DNA of 61,688 bases, the filler included, from Globobulimina sp. (taxonomy: Eukaryota): NCBI GenBank assembly GCA_003354225.1. It is 21 parts of 21 records of this genome, joined end to end, with 100 filler letters (N's around TTAATTAATTAA, not from the genome) between each part and the next. Parts side by side here need not be neighbours in the genome. Positions count along the whole stretch, not along the records: positions 35,322 to 38,163 come from PIVH01004661.1; positions 38,264 to 41,104 come from PIVH01004662.1; positions 41,205 to 44,045 come from PIVH01004663.1; positions 44,146 to 46,986 come from PIVH01004664.1; 17 more parts are not named here. One strand, given 5' to 3'. Made by a program: the position numbers and the translations under genes. Every line of letters starts with the position of its first letter. The first letter of the stretch is position 1. The notes beneath the pieces are model-generated. The model saw only the letters and a program-made list of their open reading frames with translations, was not told the DNA's origin and did not search any database. This document shows, in pieces, positions 36,647 through 47,086 of the stretch.

Positions 36647-37438
36647 TTACACAAACAACGACAGAGGTTGACGTTTAATCAATAATTCGATGACGCAAGA
36701 GGCGTGATTCATAAATTTTGGCAAAGTTTTAAAGTCGGAGCAGACCACTTGAAAGGTCACGTGACTAAAGCTGTCTGCGGCCACGAGCTTGGACCACCTT
36801 AATGGTGAGTCATAGGTGAAGGTAATTTTTCGGCCGAAAAGGGTCTGCTCGCTATTAAAATCGATAATGTTTAAAATTGGCAAGGGTCCAGCGGGAGTGG
36901 GACATCGATTAACCAAATCGCAAAGCAAGTACATGGGGGTGTAAAACAAATACATGTCGGGCAATCTTTCGGCCGTCGAAGATCTATCGTATACTATATT
37001 ATGATCAAAACCGAGCAATGCGGCTAATTTGGGGGAAAATTTGACCTCGGTCTCTGGTGTTAATTCCATTTCCACTCTTCTGGCCTGATTTTCTTCGGGA
37101 ATTGTCAGTCTGATATCATGAGGCGCTTTTTCGTTTATATTGGTCAACAAGCAATTGATAACATCGCACTGTTCTGTATCGCAAGTAATTTGATCATCAA
37201 AATCTTCGTCTCCGTTCAAATTGTATTGCAAATAACAGTCTTCGTCTACAGTAGGAAAGGACAAGTCCATACATACACTTCGGGCAGTGATCAAATAATT
37301 GTAACCAGGTTTCACAAAAGTACAAGCCGAGTCAAGATAAGCGGTAAAAGAGGCGTTAGTTCGCCACTTTTCCATGTCCTTTTCGTTGCTAACAAAAAGA
37401 GTAAAACTGTCAGAATCATTCGCCATCAGTGCTGTCAT
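36647..37438 (-). CDS. Polinton minor capsid protein (penton, single jelly-roll)
   Basis: SFTLFVSN...NASFTAYL, LAALLGF, MYLLCDLV...PILNII, FSHVTFQV and IELLIKR match the Polinton penton pattern; overlaps the integrase stop. Confidence 0.75.
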   Translation of the reverse strand: MTALMANDSDSFTLFVSNEKDMEKWRTNASFTAYLDSACTFVKPGYNYLITARSVCMDLSFPTVDEDCYLQYNLNGDEDFDDQITCDTEQCDVINCLLTNINEKAPHDIRLTIPEENQARRVEMELTPETEVKFSPKLAALLGFDHNIVYDRSSTAERLPDMYLFYTPMYLLCDLVNRCPTPAGPLPILNIIDFNSEQTLFGRKITFTYDSPLRWSKLVAADSFSHVTFQVVCSDFKTLPKFMNHASCVIELLIKRQPLSLFV

Positions 37439-38133
37439 CGGTGTTCAATCTTTCGGGAAACGAGGATTTCAATTTCAAATATTCACTCTCGTTCAACCAA
37501 CGAGTATAGTTACGATTATGTCCGACAAAATTGACCAAATATTCGTTTTGACCAGACTTCGATTGACGTTTGTCTAGGGTACGATCGACGATTCTCCAAT
37601 TTTCGAAATCTGGTTCGGCTTCGAGCAAATTTTCGGGTCTAAAGTATCCCTGAACAGTTCGACCGTCGGAATCGGTCAATCTATAAGTGGGTGGATAAGT
37701 GTCCCTTATTTCGGATACAATAAACGTTTCTTGACTGAACCCCGGCTTGCTTCTTTTCAAAAAACTGTTTTTGTCCGGAATACTAATTCTCACAAAGGTG
37801 GAAACGGGAAATAGGGGTCGATTAAGGTCCTTTGTTTTTTGATCAAAAAATTTGGAATATTTTCTTCGGTAAACGAGTCCCGCGTTCTCCAATTGTCCGC
37901 TTTCGGTAGGATGCAATTCGGTCAATATAGAAGGGGTAGAGTTGACACTGTTCACGATGCGTGACAGCGCTTTGGACAGGTCCGGTTTTCTGTTCAGATA
38001 TGTCGAGTGGCGATTCAATTTGCCTCGAATCGTGGCGATACTCTTCTCGGCCAAGAAGCTCTTTTGATCGGGGTTTTCGGTTGTCTGATGTTTGCCGATC
38101 GGCAAAGTCTTGAACAGTTTGAATTCGTTTCCT
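37416..38133 (-). CDS. Polinton-type retroviral-like integrase, C-terminal part with chromodomain
   Basis: GNEF...KSFLAEKSIATIR (DDE Glu), VNSVNST, FVRIS...F.K...PGFSQETFIV...PPTYRLTD...GYF..ENL, and chromodomain YLVNFVGH...RW. Confidence 0.9.
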
Positions 38134-38263
38134 CTGAAATAAATGAATTTTAATTTTAAAAAANNNNNNNNNNNNNNNNNNNNNNNNNNNNNNNNNNNNN
38201 NNNNNNNTTAATTAATTAANNNNNNNNNNNNNNNNNNNNNNNNNNNNNNNNNNNNNNNNNNNN

Positions 38264-40631
38264 ATGGATGGCCGCGATAATAACACCATTTCACACTCAC
38301 TAAATCGTCGCCGATCTGGTCCATTATGCATTTCATGGTTGTCAATTGTGAATATATTAAATAGGAACAAATTGTATTGTCGCTACCAATAGAAAACACA
38401 TAATAATCTCGTTCAAAGGACATTAGTTTGTCTACAGATGCAAAATGGCACTGTTTACTGAATATATTTTCATTGTGATACAGATTAAATATTTCAATAT
38501 ATCCATCTGAGTATCCTATGAATAATATGCCATCATTCTGTCCATCGCAAGGTATACATTGTAACAATAAGCATGTTATGGACGATAAGCGAGTATGAAT
38601 GGATAAGAGCGATGATGAGGATGTTATATTATATATATAAACTTCTCCAGAGTCATATCCTAAGCATAATAAAACACCCACACTCGCTATGTTCATACAC
38701 GAACAGGTGATATTATTCTCATCTTCGTCTTGTTCATTTTCAGTCACATTCTCTATCATATCACTCGCCATTTCCTCGTCGATGGTTAAACTGCGCGATA
38801 TGGTACCGGTCGTGCTGTACATCATAACATTAAAAACAACCTAAATTTACACTAATTCGCACAGAAAGATTTTAGGACTGATACTGTAGTCGTTACATTT
38901 CTGTGATAATCCACTGAATGGAAATGAATATACTGTATATGACAATGAATGGCATTAAATTCATATCCATTTATAGTGAATTCATTTGGTAATCAGTCGA
39001 TCGTTGACGGATTATACACTCATTTCCATTCAGTGGACTGTTCTCAAAAAAATACAATGGTCCCTTCTGGCTTCAAGCGTAAAGGGAACGTTTTGAAATA
39101 AATACCTTGAACAATTGTGATGTGATGTTATTTGTGGTGAAGCATCAAACGAATATTTGATGTCTCCACTGATATTTGATTCTAATTTGGCAATGTAATT
39201 ATTATTAATTACACGGAAATTATTTTTCAATAACTTGCCATATGCCGCAATCGTAACTTCTCTTAATTTTTCAATTGAAAATGATATTATTTTGCCATTG
39301 TGCAGTGGCACATAAATGTATTCGTCGTCATTTGTAATAACATTCCATTGTATAATATCCTCATTGTCGTCAAATATAATTAACTGCGTCATTGGTGTCA
39401 ATATTCTCGATGTTTCCTTTGAAACCAGATACAATGTAACATTCTTGCAATTATTCTCCCATAAAAACACAAAAAATGGTTGCTGAACGATAAAAAAATC
39501 TTCCTTTTTATCATCATCATCCTCATCCTCATCATTTCTATGGTGGAAATCTGGCAACATTTCATAATTTATATACTTATCAAATACCAACAAACCATTC
39601 CAATGTGCGTCTCTTTCCGTTTTTGATGCAATGTTTGATAATATGGGATAAAGGCAGTACACTGCAAATTCATTGCATGATATTGCAACGACATATTTGT
39701 CATTCAATGTAATGTCCATACAAATTGGCACATTCCTTAAAGTAACACATCACTGATAATTATCATAATTTTCATTTATAAAAATCCGAATATTGATCAA
39801 TAATTTTTTATATCGAAAATTGTAACAATTATCAGCATTCAATGCCATTTATATTATATACCTCAAACTGCTCTTATTTGGAATGGATATCGTTTGTATG
39901 GCTTTGCAATTATTATATTTATCCATTTTGAACATAGCTATTTTGCCACAAACATCGATACAAATAAATGTGTTTATGTCCGTATTGCAACAGACGATAT
40001 CAATCACTTTAAATATTTCTTGATTGGAAGGCAATGCAAATTGTTTGATTTCTTTCCCTTTATTTAAGTCAATTAAATGTATCAAGTCATTGTAGAAATT
40101 CGTAGCCAGCATATATTTATATGATTGATTGATTTTATTGCACGGGAATATACATTGTATGGCCTGGTGGCAAATAATTGGTCTGTCCGAGCGACAGATT
40201 TTTAATACACCACTGCCGGATACAGACAGTATTTCTAGTTCGCCATCATTGTGTATGGCAGCAAAAGAAGTCTCATCGCCGTACAGTGACAGACCAAGAA
40301 TTGATTTTATTGCAGTTGTGTTTGTCGATATTGTCATTGCCATTGCTATCCATTTCATATCGAATGCATCGTTTTCAGTCAAGAAATTTGATTTTGATTT
40401 CCAGATCACAAATTCTCCAGAAATTGAACCAGTTATCATCAATTCACCAAAACGTAATGATTTATGAACTAATATGGCTGTTATTACATGTTTTGGTACA
40501 CAACTCCAATAAATCAGTGGTATCATTAGTTCTTCGTGTGATAATCGGGAGAGTTTGTTGTAATTATATGATGTAAATATATCATCTGCGATTGTATTAG
40601 TGGTTGATTCTTGTCGTGAACGCATGATGTT
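38264..40631 (-). CDS. WDR7: WD40 protein, WDR7/rabconnectin-3 beta-like, 3'-partial, with introns
   Basis: IYWSCVPKHVITAIL...MITGSISGEFVIW; LCLGYDSGEV; ITCLL; VFSIGSDNTI...KCIM...VKW. Confidence 0.65.
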
Positions 40632-40678
40632 CGTCAAGAAAGTTTTCGATCCAAAAAAAGTTATTTATATAATTATAT

Positions 40679-41104
40679 TTACACTAAAAGTGTTACAATA
40701 AAAGCTACAAATATGGTTGCTGTGGTATAGAATTGAATGGATTTATCAGTGTTGCATTCTTCAATTATAGTAAAGAAACCGGCATCACAATTGTCTGTTT
40801 TATGCACTGTAATTGTTTCCGTTGGTGTATCTTCACATGATGTGGATGCATATATTTTTTGCGTAACCTCTGTATCACTACATTCATACATAACGCCTGC
40901 ATTACAATATCCGACAACTACTGTTAACTCAATAAAATAATTGGATTCCGCACAATCAGTGGTTGTATATCGTCTTATTGTGGCATATGGACATCTTTTA
41001 CTTGCTTCATCACATATTACGCTATCAAAAGAAACTGGGATGTCTTGTTTATGAGATACTAATGAACAGTCGGCGGTGGCATATAATTCCATTACTGGTT
41101 CACC
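40679..41104 (-). CDS. Cys-rich surface protein with a C-terminal hydrophobic tail, 5'-partial
   Basis: Nine Cys; ends ATIFVAFIVTLLV (GPI/TM-like). Confidence 0.6.
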   Translation of the reverse strand, partial: GEPVMELYATADCSLVSHKQDIPVSFDSVICDEASKRCPYATIRRYTTTDCAESNYFIELTVVVGYCNAGVMYECSDTEVTQKIYASTSCEDTPTETITVHKTDNCDAGFFTIIEECNTDKSIQFYTTATIFVAFIVTLLV

Positions 41105-41626
41105 NNNNNNNNNNNNNNNNNNNNNNNNNNNNNNNNNNNNNNNNNNNNTTAATTAATTAANNNNNNNNNNNNNNNNNNNNNNNNNNNNNNNNNNNNNNNN
41201 NNNNTTTTTTTTTGTTTTTTTATTAATTTGTTTACACGCTGTTCGTGCATATGATTATCTTTTGTTGCCTGATCTTTTTTTCTTATTTTTGTTCTGTTTA
41301 TAAAATAATGTTTCTGTTCTGTTTATTCACTGTTGTATGCGCTTTTTTTATTATTTTTATGTATAAAATATTAATTTAGTTTTTCTTTTGTTTTCTGCAC
41401 TCAAAATAATCTGGTTTTTGATAATAAATTTGGTTGTGTGCACAGCTGTGCATCGTAAGGGAAATCAGTCACGCGATCAATCAAAGCAATATCATTCAAA
41501 TCGGCACTGGTCACCGCGGATTTTATTTGCGGCATTATATACTGCGATAAACCACCATAGCTTCGATTATCTCTCCATTCATGTTCTCGTTCGGAGATAT
41601 GTAGAGTCTCTCGGGTGGCCACAAAA

Positions 41627-42844
41627 ATGCAAATGTCAAACTACAACATGGAAAACAAAGCTAACAAGCTATCACTGGGTTATAATTATCGTATAACAGA
41701 TGATTATGTATTTTTTATGGACGGATTCTTGCATCAATGGTATAAAGCATCCATCAACATTGACAAATTTGAATACAACTGCTGTGAACAATACATGATG
41801 GCAGAAAAAGCGATATTATTCAATGACCAAGAATCAGTACACAAATTACGAAAATGTGAAAACCCTCTCGATCAAAAAACAATTGGAAGGCAAATTAAAA
41901 ATTTCAACGAAGAAATGTGGCAAAAACATCGTTTTAATATTGTTTATAAAGGTAATTTATGTAAATTCAAACAACATAAACATTTAAGAGATAAATTATT
42001 ATCCTATCCATATACAATGCAATTTGTCAATGCCAATCCTGGCGACAAGATATGGGGAATTGGTGTGGCTGTATTTGATGCAAAAGTGGTGGATGCCAAT
42101 AATTGGAATGGTTTAAATTTATTAGGAAAAGTTATCACAAAAGTTAGAAACACTTTGATTCCAACACTTTGTAACCAAAAAATGATAAAAAATATGAACA
42201 AGAAATCCGTTTTTATTACGACGGGATATATCAGATTTGTTGAAAAGACGTATAACTTTATCATACCAAACGAGATTATATTATTAGTATCACAGTTTTT
42301 TGTTTTATTGGAAGATGTGCGATTCACTGTTTTTAATGCACAAAATTGTGTGGTTGATGATGGATTAATTTGTAAAACATCGAATGCTCCACATTTGGCC
42401 AGATGTCATCGGTTATTTACGACTGATACAGGCTATGATAATGGTGTAATTATTTGGAAAATAAAGTTTACGACAGCTAATTTGCAATCGGCTGAAGGTG
42501 CTATCGGAATTATTTCAGGATTTGATAGGAATAGAATCGTAGAGAAAAGACCATGGATAAATGATGACAGTTTCACAGATTTGGTGTATTGGTCGCGAAT
42601 TGGTTGTAAGATTGGTGGTGTTGGTGGTATGCGGGTTGGTGTTAAGTGGATAGATGGTGATATTATTACTATTTTATTAAATTGTTCATGTCAACAATGG
42701 TATGTTGAGTTTTATTTAAATGATAAATTGTTGAAAGATATTCATAATGCGGGATTTAACAAAATATCGATTGAAAATAATAGGAAATATTATCCCGTGC
42801 TCGCGTTTTTTGACCAACAAGACCAATATGAAGTGCTTCTGTAA
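41627..42844 (+). CDS. NADAR (YbiA-like) domain + box motif + SPRY-like domain fusion
   Basis: FLHQWY, CEQYMMAEKAILFND, GNLCKFKQH..LRDKLL, DKIWGIG and GLNLLGKVI; then TGYIR...IPNEII and WKIK...IGI...ITILLN...YYPVL. Confidence 0.88.
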   Translation: MQMSNYNMENKANKLSLGYNYRITDDYVFFMDGFLHQWYKASINIDKFEYNCCEQYMMAEKAILFNDQESVHKLRKCENPLDQKTIGRQIKNFNEEMWQKHRFNIVYKGNLCKFKQHKHLRDKLLSYPYTMQFVNANPGDKIWGIGVAVFDAKVVDANNWNGLNLLGKVITKVRNTLIPTLCNQKMIKNMNKKSVFITTGYIRFVEKTYNFIIPNEIILLVSQFFVLLEDVRFTVFNAQNCVVDDGLICKTSNAPHLARCHRLFTTDTGYDNGVIIWKIKFTTANLQSAEGAIGIISGFDRNRIVEKRPWINDDSFTDLVYWSRIGCKIGGVGGMRVGVKWIDGDIITILLNCSCQQWYVEFYLNDKLLKDIHNAGFNKISIENNRKYYPVLAFFDQQDQYEVLL

Positions 42845-43052
42845 AACAACGGTTTCTTTTTAAAGGTTTGGGTTCTGTGTTAAAGTCATCGTTAAGCTAT
42901 GTTATATGTCAGAGCACGCCTTCAGTTGTGATATAAAAAATGTCAAGAGTCAAAGTGCAATTAATGTTATCCAACGATTGAAATAACAGGTTATATCATA
43001 TGCATATATTCCGTCTGAAAACAAATAAAAACAGAAGCAAAAAGTCCAATAT

Positions 43053-44045
43053 CTATTTTTTAGATTTTTTCTTTTTCTTATCCCCATCATCTTTATTATC
43101 GCCATCTGTCTTTTTATCATCCTTAAAAAGTGTATCCTCATCTCCTGTATTTTTCTGCTGTTTCTTTCTGTCCTCTGCCTCTTTCTTATCCTCCTATGGA
43201 GCATTAATAGTACATTGAGTGCAAGGATAAAAACAGGAAAAATAAAAAAAAAATGCATACTCTATTTTTATTTTCCAATCTATTTTGCAATAAATTGTCT
43301 AAAGCCAATATAGACCGCAATAACGACGCAATATAAATATTTAACATCAAATCATTTTTCTTGGTTTGAAAAGATTGAATCACATTTTGTTTGTTTAAAT
43401 TTGGTAATAAATTAAATATTAATTGTAAATTTTGCAAAATATCCTGATTTATGGGTAAATTGCCGCCAATCACATCCGTTAAATAATCCCTTATCATAAT
43501 TAGCCGTTCAGTTAAGCCATGCAACGAAGACAATTTATGATTCACTTCCGTTGTGAGTGTGGACAAAGAAATATTCTCAACACTTCGCAATAAATGCTCG
43601 ACGCCGACTTCTTCCGCTTCCGACGCAATTATACTGGACTGGACATGGGCAAATTCTTTGCTATGTCTGCCATCCGATTGGACCACATCCACACCGCAAT
43701 ATGCTTTGGTCGGTAACGATTCTGTCTCCTCAGAAACGCGTATTATACAACATATTGGCTCGGAATTGTATTCATAAAATAATTTATGAATATCAATATC
43801 ATTTTTTTTTAATTTAGGTCCGGATGAATACCATCCAACGATGCGTTCTCTACTATTCACTCTCTTAAACATATATGCTAAGTCTTCCAAGTAATTAAAA
43901 TCTAAAAACCATGTAGACGGCGTACGGTCTTCTTCATCAAATGGCACCGCAAAGGAATTTGTGACATCTAATCTTTTACCCATACGTTGTCCTAATAAAC
44001 AACCTACAACTCGTTTTTTGGTGTCTTTGGCCACGCGGTTGTAAT
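43053..44045 (-). CDS. PSMD7: 26S proteasome lid subunit RPN8/PSMD7, 5'-partial; intron 43194-43260
   Basis: KRVVGCLLG, VTNSFAVPFDE, IVGWYSSGPKL, EAEEVGVEHLLR; K/E/D-rich tail after the intron. Confidence 0.96.
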
Positions 44046-44145
44046 NNNNNNNNNNNNNNNNNNNNNNNNNNNNNNNNNNNNNNNNNNNNTTAATTAATTA
44101 ANNNNNNNNNNNNNNNNNNNNNNNNNNNNNNNNNNNNNNNNNNNN

Positions 44146-46986
44146 ATTGGCAAATTCATGTTCAGTTATTTCAGTATCTGTGCTCTCCCCGGTCGTATTA
44201 CGACTAATTGGCGACATTGGATTCGTTCCAAAATCCACGCTCAGACTGTCCTGTTTATACAGCAATGGACCGCCCTGTTTATATAGCACTGAAAATAAGC
44301 TTTTCGATTTACGTAATTTGACCTTTAAACTCTGTTTTTTTGAAAGTCTCCTAACTTTCTCTCTGTTTTTGATTGACTCTTCAAAATAATCATCGTCAAA
44401 TTCATCATTCATGACATTATTATCCTGCTCAATATCACACACATAAACTAACCGCTTATCATAGTTGCGATAATATTTTAAATTTGGCAATAAATCAAAT
44501 ATATGTTTCTTATCAATATATATTTTATTATGTATTCGTTCTATAAAAAAATTGCGCAATTTATCAGTCATATAATCATATTCTAAATGAAACGTCTCAA
44601 AGGTGACAAATTCCCGCTGTTTGCACCAATTCTCTAATAAACACACAATATATCTGATGGTTAACCGCTGTTTTGATTTCAAGGTTTGATTATTAAAATG
44701 TTTATTGATAATAGCTTTGGTGGAATCTGCTGTATTTTTCATATCCAAATGGATATAAATCAACTTCAGCAGCAACTTCTGCGTAGTTTTGATATTCAAA
44801 TACAAATCTTTGGAATTATAAAATTGATAATTAAACATGGTTTGAGACAGTATCTTCTCCAAATATAGCAACGCAGGCAAATAATCTTTCAGTTCCAACG
44901 TATTTGTCAATACATTTGGATTCAAAATCAGTCGCTTGATCTGCAGCTCGCAGGTATTGCCAAAAAATAACCGCTCACTTTCGGCAAACCCGGACAGCTC
45001 GGAAACATTCATAAATTTTGTGTTGTTTATGCTGCTGATATACTTCGGCTTGAATTGGATGATACAGCCTTTATCCCCGGCAAATCTATTGGCAATGTTG
45101 CGATTGTTGGTCGTTGACGAGGGGTAATTCAATGTGCATGAAAACGTATTGAATGTGAAAATATGCCGCATGCCTTGGTACAATTCATATTGCTTATTTT
45201 CGTCAAACCGTTCGCCATAAAACTCAATGGCTTCATACAAGAATCGGCCTAACCAATAAAAACTGTTACAATGCAAATGTTGGATTTGTTTTTCGTTGGT
45301 TTGGAATAAGCGCAGTTTCCAATATGATCGACTTAATTCATGCGCGTATTTGGTGCATTCTGTATATATTTTAATTGCTAAAACATGCTGGATCCCAATC
45401 GAGGAATACTTCTCGATACCAAAGTTTTTGTTGCTTTCAGCGTTGGAAAATATATTTATTTTGGTACAAATGTCTTTGGCTTTGCATAATAGCATTTTCC
45501 ACCGAGTCATATTTATTTTGATTTTGCTGTTTAACATACATTCCTCCGCTAAACAGGTAAAGCGCGAATTTAGTACAGGATATCGCATGAATACGCCAGT
45601 CAAAAAAGTATGTAATTTCTTGTCTTTTTCTGGTTTTTTTTCTTCCTCTTTGCTATCGTCAATTATATTATTGCTGTATTTGTGATATAACGCGGTATAT
45701 TTTTCACGTATTTCCTGTTTAAATTTGTCTACAAATTTTAATTTTGTGTCTTGTAGAAATTCATCAAAAGTTGGTATTTTTTGGTGGTTTATGTCATAGA
45801 AAGCAATAATAGTTTTGATCTGCAATGATGTGTATCTTCTTTTGCTGCCATCGATATAGTCGCCTAATATTCCGGTGTATACTGCAGCGGTATGGAGGTT
45901 ATTACGGCCGCGGTCTGTATTAAATTGTGCTAAATCGCCAATTAATTCGTATGTCATTTTGTTTGTATAATGTATATTTTGCGGATATTTCGTATTTAGT
46001 TTACACCAAATTGTATCAGCGGTATTACATCCAATGGCATCTTTGGAGAGATTGTGTCTGTGGATGGAAGAGAGAATATTTCGGAAATCAATCATACTCA
46101 AAATACTAAACACAGAGCAATTTATTTTGAATTTCTCTAATTTTTTTATGATTTTCATTAATTTTTTGTGTATTTCATATAATGCGTTGGTATGTTTCCA
46201 TTTAAATTGAACACCGGTTATCGTGTTTTTATTTGTGGTAATTCTTAAACCAATCAATTTCTCTCCGAGGCTTGCAATCTGACCAGTTTTGCAAAATGAA
46301 TCGCCTGCAGTAATTCCATTCGATTTTGTCGTGTCAAGCTTATACAATTCAAAGTCATGATCGACATTATGTCAAACTAAAGTTAAAAACTTACTTACTT
46401 ACATCATGTCGATCATGACAAGGTTTACAAACCTTAATAAATCTGAATTTATCATCAAATTTAATTCTAATCGCACATATCATTTCCTCTCTAAACTGCG
46501 CATTGAAATCTAATGTCAAAACCTGTTCATTCCCTTCAGTCAAACCATATATTTTATTAATATCCCATCTATTATTTATCATTAACTGTACACCATTTAC
46601 AAATCCATTATCATCATCCACAGACCATATCCGTATCGCATTTAATACCTCTTTTTTATGTTTCGCGTCAAAGATCCAGCCATGATCAATAATCTCCTCA
46701 TTTTCAGCTCCATCCTCGCCAAAAAAAAAACTTTCTTCCACAGTCAATGTCTGAATCAACTCTTTCACAAAAGCTGCGACGCACTGTGACATTTTACTGA
46801 ACCCTCTCATAGATTCACCATCAATACACAACGATTTATCTCGTTCATAAAACAATAAATTGATCATATCTTCATCATAATTGGTATTGCCACAAAAAGC
46901 GCGTTCATAACAGTCTTTAAATATATATTCATCAAATATTCCATAAACGCCTGCATCGATCATTAACTCTGTCGTATCTATAAATG
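44146..46986 (-). CDS. Large protein with a jacalin-like lectin domain and an ADP-ribosyltransferase-like domain, partial; intron 46339-46432
   Basis: Jacalin-like AIRIW...VNGVQL...YG...EEMICAI...IK|LDTTK...ITGVQF; ART-like AIKIYT...LYQGM...PSSTT...ANRFA...GCII...VSELSGFAESERLF. Confidence 0.7.
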
Positions 46987-47086
46987 NNNNNNNNNNNNNN
47001 NNNNNNNNNNNNNNNNNNNNNNNNNNNNNNTTAATTAATTAANNNNNNNNNNNNNNNNNNNNNNNNNNNNNNNNNNNNNNNNNNNN

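Larger units (their letters stand above)
35322..38163 (-). mobile_element. Polinton/Maverick (adintovirus-like) element, internal fragment: INT - minor capsid - basic protein - major capsid
   Basis: Four tightly packed co-oriented genes; three match Polinton hallmark proteins in the usual order. Ends (TIRs) and polB are outside the contig. Confidence 0.9.

Noticed and set aside
41627-46986. NADAR gene next to ART gene as a toxin-antitoxin locus
   Set aside because: They are on different contigs separated by a spacer, and the order reflects contig length sorting.
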